64,000 nt of DNA from positions 1,536,001-1,600,000 of the forward strand of contig OY843592.1 of assembly GCA_963692865.2 (NCBI GenBank). Reading direction: 5' to 3'. The translations under genes and the position numbers were made by a program. The stretch is from a bacterium. GTDB taxonomy: Bacteria > UBA8248. Under the pieces are notes generated by a model. It saw only the letters and a list, made by a program, of their open reading frames with translations, searched no databases and was not told the DNA's origin. Each line of letters opens with the position of its first letter. Within the stretch, counting starts at the first letter, position 1. Positions 19,710 through 29,037 of this stretch are shown in pieces.

Positions 19710-20708
19710 ATGGCTACGGACAAGGTGCGCCTCGCCTCTATCGGGCTGGGCTGGTGGGGCGGCGTTCTGGTGGAGGCGCTGGGCCGCAGCGGCGCGGGCG
19801 AGGTGGTGACGGGTTTCGCGCGCAGCGAGGACGCCCGCAAGGCGTTTTCCGAAAAACACGGCTGCCGGACGGCGGGCAGTCTGGACGAAGTCTGGAACGA
19901 CCCGGAAGTCGAGGGCGTCATCGTCGCGACGCCCCACTCCACGCACCTCGATATGATCTCCTCGGCCGCGTCGGCGGGGAAGCACGTGTTCGTCGAAAAG
20001 CCGCTCACCCTCACGGTCGATGAGGCCAAAAAGGCGGTCGAGGCAACCTCGAGCGCGAGCGTCACCCTGCAGGTCGGCCATCACCGCCGCCGCTTCGGCG
20101 CGAACCGCAAGATGCGCGAGATGATCGAGGGCGGCGAGCTCGGCATGGTGCACCAGGTGGAGGCGAACCTCTCGCTCCCCATGGGTTTCGAATCCAGGCC
20201 GGGCTGGCGCAACGACCCCGCCGAATGCCCCGCCGGCTCGATGACGGGCCTCGGCGTCCACATGATCGACAACCTGCAGTACCTCGCCGGCCCCGCGAAG
20301 CGGGTGGCCGCGTTCAGCAAGAAGCTGCTCGGCAAGACGAATCTGGACGACGCGACGAGCATCATCATCGAGTACGAGAGCGGCCCCCTCGGCCACATCG
20401 GCTCCTCTTTCGTCGTCCCCAAGATCTGCGACACGGCGGCCTTCGGCACGAAGATGCGCGCCTACAGCGAAGAAGAGGGCGGAAAGCTCTACGTGGCCAA
20501 GGTGGGCGAGGAGGCCCGCACGGAAGTCGAGGTCGTGGGCGGAGACGCCCTGGCGGATGAGATGGACGAGTTCTGCAAGTGCATCCGGGGCGAGGCGACT
20601 CCCGAGACGGGCGGGCCCGAGGGGCTCGAGGTCGTCGCCGTGCTCGAGGCGGTCGTGCGGAGCGCGGCGACGGGCGAGGTGGTGGACGTGGCGGCCCTTC
20701 GCGGATAG
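19710..20708 (+). CDS. Gfo/Idh/MocA family oxidoreductase
   Basis: IGLGWWG, ATPHSTH, HVFVEKP, GVHMID; GAGGAG RBS. Confidence 0.93.
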   Translation: MATDKVRLASIGLGWWGGVLVEALGRSGAGEVVTGFARSEDARKAFSEKHGCRTAGSLDEVWNDPEVEGVIVATPHSTHLDMISSAASAGKHVFVEKPLTLTVDEAKKAVEATSSASVTLQVGHHRRRFGANRKMREMIEGGELGMVHQVEANLSLPMGFESRPGWRNDPAECPAGSMTGLGVHMIDNLQYLAGPAKRVAAFSKKLLGKTNLDDATSIIIEYESGPLGHIGSSFVVPKICDTAAFGTKMRAYSEEEGGKLYVAKVGEEARTEVEVVGGDALADEMDEFCKCIRGEATPETGGPEGLEVVAVLEAVVRSAATGEVVDVAALRG

Positions 20709-20735
20709 CTTTTTGGAATTACTCTGGAGGAGACG

Positions 20736-22982
20736 ATGGCTCAGTTGACGCACGTCGGCGCGTCGCCGACGAAAGAGGACGCCCTGGCCAAGGCGGTCGG
20801 CGATACGGTCTACGGCGATGATTTCCACATGCCGGGCGAGATATACGGGAAAGCCGTCCGCGCCACGATGACGCCGGCGAAGATCAAGAAAATAGACGCA
20901 GGCGAGGCGCTCGCCCTGCCGGGCGTGCACTGCGTCCTCACGGCGAAGGACATCCCCGGACTGAACGCGGGCCGCTACCCCGATTACCCGGTGCTTGCCG
21001 AAGACCTCGTGGTCGACATCGGCGACGCGGTCGCGCTCGTGGCCGCCGACACCCGGGACTTGGCCGAAGAGGCGGCCTCGCTCGTGCGCGTCGTCTACGA
21101 GCCGCTGCCGGGCGCTTACGATTTCGCCGGTCTCGAAGAGGGCGAGGTGGTCTGCGACTGGAAGACGGACAAGGGAGACGTGGAGGCGGGCTTCGCCGAG
21201 GCGGACGTGATCGTGGAGAAGACCTATTTCTCCGCCTGTCTGGATCACGCCTTCATCGAGCCCGAAGGCGGCGTCGCCTGGGTGGACGAGCGCGGGGTGG
21301 TGAACATCCGCGTGCCCACGCAGATGATCGAGAACTACCAGAACGTGGCGCGCACGTTGGATCTTCCGCTCAGCCGCGTGCGGTACGACTGCCCGATGCT
21401 GGGCGGCGCGTTCGGCGGCAAGGAGCACCCCCTGCTCGGCGCTTTCATGGCGCTCTTGTCGATCCGGACGGGGCGCCCCGTGCGCATGGCCTACTCGCGC
21501 GAGGAGACCATGAACACCGGCAGCAAGAAGCACCCCTTCCTCATGAAGTACAGGACGGGCGCCACGAAGGACGGAAAACTCACCGCGATAGAAGTCGACA
21601 TCGTCGGCGACGCGGGCGGCTACACGGCCAACAGCAAGGGCCTGCTCCTGGGCGCGCTCGTGGTGAGCGGGGGGCCCTACGAGATCCCCAACGCCCGGGG
21701 CCGCGCGCGCGCCGTCAGGACGAACAACCCCTTCACCGAGGCGATGCGCGGCGTGGGCGCGAACCAGGTGTGCTTCGCCTACGAGGCGCAGATGGACGAA
21801 CTCGCCGCGCGGCTGGGGATGGACCCCCTGGAGTTCCGCGAGAAGAACTTCATCGCCAGGGGCGAGACCCTCATGCAGAACCAGCCCGTGCCCTCGCGCG
21901 TGATGCTGCCCGAACTGGTCGAGGAAACGAAGAAGCTCATCGGCCGCTCGGCGGGCCGGGTTCCCGAGAAGGATCACGGCCCCTGGCGCGCCGGCGTCGG
22001 GTACGTCGCGAACATCGGCGGTTACGGGAGGCCGAGGAACGAGGGCGAGGTCTACGTGGGCATCGACGCCGACGGCAGCGTGAACGTGCGCACCGGTGCT
22101 TCGGACGTGGGCGCGGGCCAGACCGAGACGAACCGCCAGATAGCGGCCGAAGCGCTGGGCATTTCCTTGGAGGACGTGACGGTCACGATGTCGGATTCCC
22201 ACGTCACCCCGCTCGTGGGCGTTACGGCAGGGTCGCGCCAGACGATGATCTCGGGCGGCTCGTGCTACCGCGCCTCGGCGGAGCTGAAAGACAGAATCCT
22301 GAAGGGCGCGGCTGAGCTTCTCGAAGCGAACCCGGAAGACTTGGACATCCGCGAGGGGCGCGTCTACGTGAAGGCCGCCGAGGAGCGCGGGGTCGCCTTC
22401 GGGGAAGCCGTGGCCCAGTGCAAAAAGATGGGAATCGACCTCCACACCGTGGGCAAGACGAAGCTCGGCGTCCACGAGTACGAGGGCAACGAGCAATACG
22501 GCGACGCGGGCGGCTGGATGGATTACGTGTTCGGCATCCACGCGGCGGAAGTCGAGGTGAACGTCGATACGGGCGAGCTTCGCGTGCTCAACTACTGGTC
22601 GGGCCACGACGTGGGCCAGTCCATCAACGTACAGCACGTGGAAGGCCAGTTCGAGGGCGGCACGATGATGGGCGTCGGCCACGCCCTGACCGAAGAGGTC
22701 CTCACGCAAAAGGGCGCGCTCCTGAACAACGAGTTCCACGGCTACCTCATCCCCACCTCGGTGGACACGCCCGAGTGGGACAACGTGATCCTGGAATCCG
22801 GCGAAGGCCTGGGCCCCTACGGGGCGAAAGGCATCGGCGAGCCGCCCTGCACGGCGGGCGCCGCGGCGGTGGCCTGCGCGGCGGGCCAGGCGATTGGGGC
22901 GCGCATCACGCGCATCCCCATCACGCCGGACCACGTGCTGGAGGTGCTGGGACGGCTCAAGACGAACGGAAGCCAAGGCTAG
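20736..22982 (+). CDS. Xanthine dehydrogenase family molybdopterin-binding subunit
   Basis: LGGAFGGK, AMRGVG, DVGAGQ, GQFEGG, GPYGAKGIGEP. Confidence 0.93.
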   Translation: MAQLTHVGASPTKEDALAKAVGDTVYGDDFHMPGEIYGKAVRATMTPAKIKKIDAGEALALPGVHCVLTAKDIPGLNAGRYPDYPVLAEDLVVDIGDAVALVAADTRDLAEEAASLVRVVYEPLPGAYDFAGLEEGEVVCDWKTDKGDVEAGFAEADVIVEKTYFSACLDHAFIEPEGGVAWVDERGVVNIRVPTQMIENYQNVARTLDLPLSRVRYDCPMLGGAFGGKEHPLLGAFMALLSIRTGRPVRMAYSREETMNTGSKKHPFLMKYRTGATKDGKLTAIEVDIVGDAGGYTANSKGLLLGALVVSGGPYEIPNARGRARAVRTNNPFTEAMRGVGANQVCFAYEAQMDELAARLGMDPLEFREKNFIARGETLMQNQPVPSRVMLPELVEETKKLIGRSAGRVPEKDHGPWRAGVGYVANIGGYGRPRNEGEVYVGIDADGSVNVRTGASDVGAGQTETNRQIAAEALGISLEDVTVTMSDSHVTPLVGVTAGSRQTMISGGSCYRASAELKDRILKGAAELLEANPEDLDIREGRVYVKAAEERGVAFGEAVAQCKKMGIDLHTVGKTKLGVHEYEGNEQYGDAGGWMDYVFGIHAAEVEVNVDTGELRVLNYWSGHDVGQSINVQHVEGQFEGGTMMGVGHALTEEVLTQKGALLNNEFHGYLIPTSVDTPEWDNVILESGEGLGPYGAKGIGEPPCTAGAAAVACAAGQAIGARITRIPITPDHVLEVLGRLKTNGSQG

Positions 22983-23013
22983 ACGAGCATATCAGCAGAC
23001 ATTCACTGAACAT

Positions 23014-23045
23014 AAAACGCCCCGCACGCGCTGCGGGGCGTTTTT
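23014..23045. terminator. Bidirectional intrinsic terminator
   Basis: aaaacgccccgca-cgcgc-tgcggggcgttttt. Confidence 0.8.
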
Positions 23046-23077
23046 GCGTCGTCCGTTAAGACGTTAAGAGAAAAAAA

Positions 23078-23481
23078 CCACTCCCCCCTTGAGAGCTGTT
23101 GCCGATTTAGTAGGGACAGGTCGCGACCTGTCCCTACAATTTGAAGGTCTCCATTTTCTTGCTCATAAGCCGTAGGGACAGGCCCCTGTGCCTGTCCTGA
23201 CGGGGGACAACCACGGGGGGTTGTCCCTACGGTTTCGTATTCTCCATAAGCCTGAATCGGTGATTGCCGTCATTGCGGCTTCGATTGTAGGGGCCGTTCG
23301 CGAACGGCCCTTACGGGTTCGTTTCGATCTATGAGGGGTGCGTAGCCGGACAGGCCCAGGAGCCTGTCCGGGGACCGACGTGTCCGCCCGATTGGCCGGA
23401 AAGAGCGGGAGAACACGTAGTCAGACATATATGTCTGACCCCACGAAACCGGATTATTCAACAACCTCAAGTGGGAAGTGA
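23078..23481. repeat. Composite REP cluster
   Basis: Five different GTAG-tagged palindromes lying between two halves of a cactcccccttgag...ctcaagtgggaagtg palindrome. Confidence 0.85.
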
Positions 23482-23581
23482 ATTCAAGCTCTCAAGAGAC
23501 CTCGCGCTCTGGTTATGCAGTTCGGAATCCAAACGGATGGAGCCCGCCGAAGGGAAGCGTTCGGTTTGAAAATCATGACAT

Positions 23582-24265
23582 TCACTGAATTCGCACATAT
23601 TTGAGCGCCTCGCGCCGGCTTAGATCAGAGAGCCCGGAATGGGTTTCGACGAACTCCTTCACCCAGCCCGGATCGGTCTTGGAGTACTCTCGCAACGCCC
23701 AGCCGATGCCCTTGCGCAGGAAGGACTCCGTCCCGCCGATGGATGGCCGGACCACGTCTGCCAGCAACTTCGTGTCCGTCGCTCGCCTGGCCCGGAGTTG
23801 AGCGAGAATGGCGGTCCGCCGCTTCCAGATGTCGTCGTCCTTCGCCCATTCGCGCAGCACGGCCTTCAGCGGATGAGGGTGGGCGGCGAGCATGGCGCCC
23901 ACCCCTCGGGCGGCAATCGCGTCCACGTAGTCCCACCAGGCCCCGGTAACGATTAACTCCTCGATCATGGGAATTCTGTCCGGCTCCAGCCAGCCGGAAT
24001 AGCGCTTGAAGAGCAGAAGTTCGATTGCCGCGTAGCGTTCTTCACGGTAGGCGGCCTTGCGCCACAGGGAGAGAATCGTCTCCTCCCAGGCGCGGGCGTC
24101 GGGCAGCGGGCGTGTCTCGTACACGGCAGTGGCGATACGCCGGCAGTGCGTTACGCCTACGCCGAAATACGGCATATCGGACTTCATGTAGGCCTGTTGC
24201 TTCGGCGCTCTGGCCGGGTCGGCGACTTTGCGCAATGCGGCGATAACAGAGTGCCGAATATCCAT
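23582..24265 (-). CDS. DNA alkylation repair protein (AlkD-like HEAT-repeat)
   Basis: AYMKS, REERYAA, WWDYVD, FLRKGIGWALREYSK. Confidence 0.88.
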   Translation of the reverse strand: MDIRHSVIAALRKVADPARAPKQQAYMKSDMPYFGVGVTHCRRIATAVYETRPLPDARAWEETILSLWRKAAYREERYAAIELLLFKRYSGWLEPDRIPMIEELIVTGAWWDYVDAIAARGVGAMLAAHPHPLKAVLREWAKDDDIWKRRTAILAQLRARRATDTKLLADVVRPSIGGTESFLRKGIGWALREYSKTDPGWVKEFVETHSGLSDLSRREALKYVRIQ

Positions 24266-24572
24266 TTCCGCCTCGTGGCCGGGATTGTATTCTGCGAACA
24301 ACTCGCGATTATCTCTTGCATACGGCATATCGAATTCTGCAATAATCCAGCGAAGCCCGCCTGGTCAACCCGCTTATCCTTTCAACTCTCGTAGCGCAGT
24401 TCTGCATTTCGATAAATGGAACCCGACCCTGTCCCAACATTAGACGGGTCGAGATCAAGGGTTCTGATGAACGGTTGCCGCCGATGGGGATGGACGGGAA
24501 TTACCGCTTGCCTTGCGATACGGAGGAGATTAACGCCGCCGGGACGGGAGCGATCAGGAGAGGAGACAGGCC

Positions 24573-25736
24573 ATGTCCACCACACTGTCGAACGAGGGCC
24601 CGGTTCTCCGGGCATGGGCCGTATCGAGACCGTTCCGGGCGTACGGCGCCGCCGTTCTGGCCGCCTGCGCGGTCGCAATCGGATTGCCGCTTGCAACACC
24701 CGCCGAGGCGGCGGGGAAGGGTTATCGCCTGAGCGGCCCCTACACGCAGGAAAATCTCGCCGTCTATCTGATCCACCGCGAGGGCCGAAACGCCGGCTCC
24801 GCGCCGCTCACCCTCGCCGAAGCGATGAGGCGGGACCTCGTCAAGGTCGTCGAAACCGGCACCGTCAGCCGGCTCATGGTCCGCAATCTGGGCGACCGCG
24901 AGGTCTTCGTCCAGTCGGGCGACATCGTCAAGGGCGGCAAGCAGGACCGCGTCCTGGTCGCCAGCCTAATCGTCCCCCCGAACTCGGGCTACATTCCCAT
25001 CGGCGCCTTTTGCGTCGAGGCGGGGCGATGGGCCCCGCGCGGATTGGAGAGCGTGAGCGCATTTTCGGCGTCCGCGTACCGCATGCCCTCTCGGGCCGGC
25101 AAGATTGCGATCATGAAAAGCATGCGGCGAGAGACCGCTCCCGAAGCCGGTCGAAGCGGGAGATTGGGGGAGAGATGGCCCGGATTGAGAATCAGGCCCG
25201 GGGCGCGGCGGCGCACAGGCTCGTACTATCAGGGCGAGGTGTGGCGCTCGGTCGCGATGATGCAGAAGGGGTTGGGCCGGGCGGTGCGGGCGCGCGTCGC
25301 CGACGAACGCTCGCGCATGAGCCTCCAGCTATCGCTCGAAAACAAGCGCCTCGCTTCGGCGCTGGGGGATTATGAAAGAGCCTTGGGACGCCTGCTGGAT
25401 GAGCACCCCGACGCCGTGGGTTATGTTTTTGCGGTAGGCGGCAGGCTCAACAGCGGAGACGAGTTCCAAAGCGCCGGCCTGTTCCGGAAACTGTGGCTGC
25501 GGCAGCTCAAGGCGGCGGCGACGGAAGCCATCGCCGAAAAAGGCGCGCAGAGGCACGAGCAGCCGACGCTCGCCGAGGTCGCCGCGTTCATCGACTCCGC
25601 GCGCGTAGCGAAGCCCGCCGGGAGAGCGATGCCGGGCGGCATGAGCCTGGAGACGCGCGTGGCGGACGGGTCGTTCTACATGGAAGTCCGTCGGGGGAAC
25701 GGCCATTGGGTGCACCGCAACTTCATCGCCCGCTAG
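24573..25736 (+). CDS. ARPP-1 (DUF6569) domain protein with signal peptide
   Basis: GDIVKGGKQDRV, FCVEAGRW, QGEVW motifs; hydrophobic N-terminus ending in AEAA. Confidence 0.75.
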   Translation: MSTTLSNEGPVLRAWAVSRPFRAYGAAVLAACAVAIGLPLATPAEAAGKGYRLSGPYTQENLAVYLIHREGRNAGSAPLTLAEAMRRDLVKVVETGTVSRLMVRNLGDREVFVQSGDIVKGGKQDRVLVASLIVPPNSGYIPIGAFCVEAGRWAPRGLESVSAFSASAYRMPSRAGKIAIMKSMRRETAPEAGRSGRLGERWPGLRIRPGARRRTGSYYQGEVWRSVAMMQKGLGRAVRARVADERSRMSLQLSLENKRLASALGDYERALGRLLDEHPDAVGYVFAVGGRLNSGDEFQSAGLFRKLWLRQLKAAATEAIAEKGAQRHEQPTLAEVAAFIDSARVAKPAGRAMPGGMSLETRVADGSFYMEVRRGNGHWVHRNFIAR

Positions 25737-25785
25737 CCCGGAGCATATCGAAACCAAAGCGCCAGAGAATCACTCCCCTCTTGAT

Positions 25786-26057
25786 GGGGTTGTTGAAAAA
25801 GTCCTTTCGGATCGAGCCGAACCATTCTCCCCTTGCAAAGCCCTCAACAACCACTCCCCCCTTGAGGGGGAGTCAACGCGGCAAGGACAATGTCCGCAGC
25901 CGCGTTGGTGGGGGGGGAGCTTTTTACTGTGGCAGTCCCCCCACCAGCTCGACTTCGGGCTTCGCCCTCGTCTCTCTGACTCCCCCTCAAGGGGGGAGTG
26001 AACTTCAAAAGCGAGCGCGCAACCGAAATCGCTTCCTAGAGGTTTTTCAACAACCCC
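25786..26057. mobile_element. MITE-like element, perfect 15-bp terminal inverted repeats, carrying a nested 149-bp element
   Basis: ggggttgttgaaaaa ... tttttcaacaacccc; inner 25852-26000 matches the ends and length of 11176-11324. Confidence 0.75.
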
Positions 26058-26078
26058 TTTTGGGTTCGATTGCAAAGC

Positions 26079-26218
26079 CGTCATTCCGGCGCATGCCGGA
26101 ATCCAGGGAATTTGCCTTTTGCTTTTCGCCGCTAATCCCGTTCGATTAAAGACGGAATGAAATACCGAAATGTGCCCACCCTTATCGGCTCTGGATTCCG
26201 GCATGCGCCGGAATGACG
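26079..26218. repeat. CGTC-type inverted REP pair (REPIN-like)
   Basis: cgtcattccggcgcatgccggaatccag ... ctggattccggcatgcgccggaatgacg. Confidence 0.85.
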
Positions 26219-26404
26219 CGCAAAGGCCACGGGGGACTGGCGCCAATCGACGAAAGAAGAGAATCACTGCCCTCGAAGGGGGTAATACCCTATCGGAGAG
26301 GGAGGGTCTCTTCTGGCTGTATCAGCAAGACCCGCCGTATCGCATCTTGTTTCTTATCCGTGTAGGATGCTTCCTACGCCCGCCCATTCGTAGAGACGCG
26401 CGTC

Positions 26405-28234
26405 ATGCTCTCGACTCTGGACTGGTCGCTCATCCTCGCCTACGTCGCGTTCGCGCTGCTCGTCGGCGCGCTCACTTCGCGCTCGGCGTCCAAGAGTCTC
26501 GCCTCATACTTCGTGGCCGGGCGCAGCCTGCCCTGGTGGTGGATAGGCGCCTCGATGGTGGCGACCACGTTCGCCTCGGACACCCCCCTCGTCGTGGCCG
26601 GCATCGTCGCCAAGCGCGGCATCTCTGGGAACTGGTTCTGGTGGGCGTGGGTCATCGGCAACGTGGGCGTCGCGGTGTTCTTCGCCCCCCTGTGGCGGCG
26701 CGCGGGCGTGGTGACCGACGCCGAACTCATCGAGCTGCGCTACGGCGGCGGCCCCGGCGCTTTCTTAAGGGGCTTCAAGGCCGTCTATTCCTCCCTCATC
26801 GTGAACCTGATCGTCCTGGGTTGGGTGTTCCGCGCCATGGCGAAGATAGCCGAGCCCTTCCTGCGGTGGGAGGAGATTCTGCCCCTGAACCTGTGGACGG
26901 CGATAGAGGCGCACTGGCCCGACGTCCTCACGATGGGAAGCGTGAACGAGAGCGTAACGGTCGCCCTGCTCGTCCTGATGATTGCGGCGTATTCGAGCGC
27001 GGGCGGCATCCGCGGCGTCATGCTCACGGATCTCTTCCAGTTCGTCATCGCGATGGCCGGCAGTTGCCTCTTCGCCTGGTACGCCGTCGAGGCCGTGGGC
27101 GGGCTGTCGGGCATGAGCGCGAAACTGGACGAGACTTACGGCGCCGAGGGCGCGGCGAATATCCTCTCCTTCCTCCCGCCCGAGGGCGCGGGATGGGCGG
27201 GGGCGCAGGTGATCCTCATCTACCTGTTCGTGGTCTGGTGGGCGCACAACAACGCCGACGGCGGCGGCTACATCGGCCAGAGACTGTGCTCGGCGCGCTC
27301 GCCGAGGGACGCCCAGGCGGGCGCTTTCCTCTTCACGGTGGCGAACTACGTCCTGAGGCCCTGGCCGTGGATATTGATCGGCCTCGTGAGCCTGATCCTC
27401 GTGCCCAAGGGGATGGACGCGCTCCCGGGCACCATGGAGGCCAGGATTCTCGCCGACCGCGAGGCGGCCTATCCCCTGCTGATGGAGAAGCTACTCCCGG
27501 CGGGGGTGCTGGGCCTGGTGATGGTGGGTCTGCTGGGCGCGTTCATGAGCACGGTGGACACGCACCTGAACTGGGGGATGAGCTATCTCGTGAACGACGT
27601 GTATGCGCGTTTCATCCGAAAGAAAGCGGGCGCGCGCGAAGTCGTCTTCGTGAGCCGACTGGGCGTGCTGATCATGGCGCTCGGCGCTTTCGCCGTGGCG
27701 GGGCAGATCAAGAGCATCGAGGTGGCGTGGAAGTTCCACATCTCGCTCGGGGCGGGGCTGGGGCTTCCGGTGATCCTGCGCTGGCTGTGGTGGCGCGCGA
27801 ACGCCTGGACGGAAATTTCAGGAATGCTGGCCGCCGGCGCGACCGCCCTCTATCTCCACTGGGAGGGGAAGCCGCCCGATTTTCCCGTATTGCTGGCCGC
27901 GGAGGTGGGCGTGGGCTTCGCCGCGATGATGATTGCGACTCTCCTCACGAGGCCCGCGCGCGTGGAAGTGCTCAAGAATTTCTGGAGCAAGGTGCGCCCG
28001 CCGGGCGCATGGGGGCGGGTGCGCGGGGAGGACAGGCGCGCAGCCCCCATATTCGCTCTCGCGGGCCTGTGGGTGGCTTTAAGCGTATTCGTCTTCGCGC
28101 TGATGTTCCTGGTCGGGGCGCTGCTCGTCGGGACCTGGGAGCAGGCGGGCGGACTCGCGCTCCTGACGGGGTTCGCCCTGTGCATGGCGTGGGGGATCGA
28201 TAGAAGATACAAGTACGGGATATTGTTCGTGTAG
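26405..28234 (+). CDS. Sodium:solute symporter family protein
   Basis: YFVAGRSLPWW, SMVATTFASDTPL, QRLCSARS, AFMSTVDTHLNWG. Confidence 0.93.
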   Translation: MLSTLDWSLILAYVAFALLVGALTSRSASKSLASYFVAGRSLPWWWIGASMVATTFASDTPLVVAGIVAKRGISGNWFWWAWVIGNVGVAVFFAPLWRRAGVVTDAELIELRYGGGPGAFLRGFKAVYSSLIVNLIVLGWVFRAMAKIAEPFLRWEEILPLNLWTAIEAHWPDVLTMGSVNESVTVALLVLMIAAYSSAGGIRGVMLTDLFQFVIAMAGSCLFAWYAVEAVGGLSGMSAKLDETYGAEGAANILSFLPPEGAGWAGAQVILIYLFVVWWAHNNADGGGYIGQRLCSARSPRDAQAGAFLFTVANYVLRPWPWILIGLVSLILVPKGMDALPGTMEARILADREAAYPLLMEKLLPAGVLGLVMVGLLGAFMSTVDTHLNWGMSYLVNDVYARFIRKKAGAREVVFVSRLGVLIMALGAFAVAGQIKSIEVAWKFHISLGAGLGLPVILRWLWWRANAWTEISGMLAAGATALYLHWEGKPPDFPVLLAAEVGVGFAAMMIATLLTRPARVEVLKNFWSKVRPPGAWGRVRGEDRRAAPIFALAGLWVALSVFVFALMFLVGALLVGTWEQAGGLALLTGFALCMAWGIDRRYKYGILFV

Positions 28235-28275
28235 GGTGAATTCCGAGCGAGGAGCCAGGGAAACCCCCGCCCCCT

Positions 28276-28423
28276 CATCCTGAGTAGGCCCGCAGGGCCG
28301 TATCTAAGGATGGGGGAAGGAGCGTCCCTTCGCCGGGCGCGCCCCTCGATACGCGGCTTCGCCGCTACTCGGGGTGAGGGGGTGCGGGGGACGGCGCAAG
28401 GACAGGTCGCGACCTGTCCCTAC
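28276..28423. repeat. Intergenic repeat cluster
   Basis: tcgatacgcggcttcgccgctactc is shared with about 31903-31927; also ggacaggtcgcgacctgtccctac. Confidence 0.75.
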
Positions 28424-28460
28424 GGGGCGCATGGCTCTCGGGCGACGGCCTTCCGCCCTC

Positions 28461-28937
28461 CTACTCGTCCACCTCCTCGAACTCCGCCGTGTATTCGACC
28501 GCGATGCCCCGCTGCACGCTCTGACTCGCCGGGCAGCCCTTCTCGTGCACGGCGAGGGCGCGCTCGGCGTCTTCGCGCTTGCCCCTGGGGATGCGGCACT
28601 TGTAGTGCACCTTGATCCGGGTGACCAGGGCCATGCCGTCCACGTTCTCGATGATGCCTTCGACTTCCGCCACGAGGTTGTCGGGGCTGCTCTTGATCCC
28701 GCGCGCATCCAGCGCGCCTCCCATGTTGCCGGTCAGTCACCCGGCGACGGCGGCGGCGAGGTGGTCCAGCGTGGCCGGACGCTCCTCTTCGGGTTCGGCC
28801 TTGTAGAAGTTCTTGATGCCCCCGTGGATGCCGTAGGGGATCGGCTCCTCGGGGAAGGCGTCGAGATAGCCCGTCTTCATGCCCCTGCCGGGCTCCTTGA
28901 CGATGCGGGCCTTGGTGACGTGAATGACTTCGCCCAT
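28461..28937 (-). CDS. OsmC-family peroxiredoxin-like selenoprotein (158 aa, Sec67)
   Basis: Two track ORFs are in frame across TGA 28737-28739 (LAAAVAG-U-LTGNM), at the first catalytic Cys position; second Cys in HEKGCPAS; AAGGAG RBS before ATG 28937. Confidence 0.85.
28701..28717 (-). promoter_or_regulatory. Bacterial SECIS-like hairpin
   Basis: GCGCGC-UGGAU-GCGCGC with the loop 25 nt 3' of the UGA and G at the second loop position. Confidence 0.6.
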
Positions 28938-29037
28938 CTTGTTCTCCTTGTCGGATGAGGATTCGAAAATTCCCTGAATAAAAAGACGCTCAAGGGTAGC
29001 ACCCTCATGAGGCGAGGGGAACTCTCCCCCGGCCTCC

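Noticed and set aside
19704-22976. Very long antisense ORFs (also 47093-51121, 52271-54829, 31922-34054, 9414-11285)
   Set aside because: Shadow frames of real genes in GC-rich DNA with no recognisable motifs.
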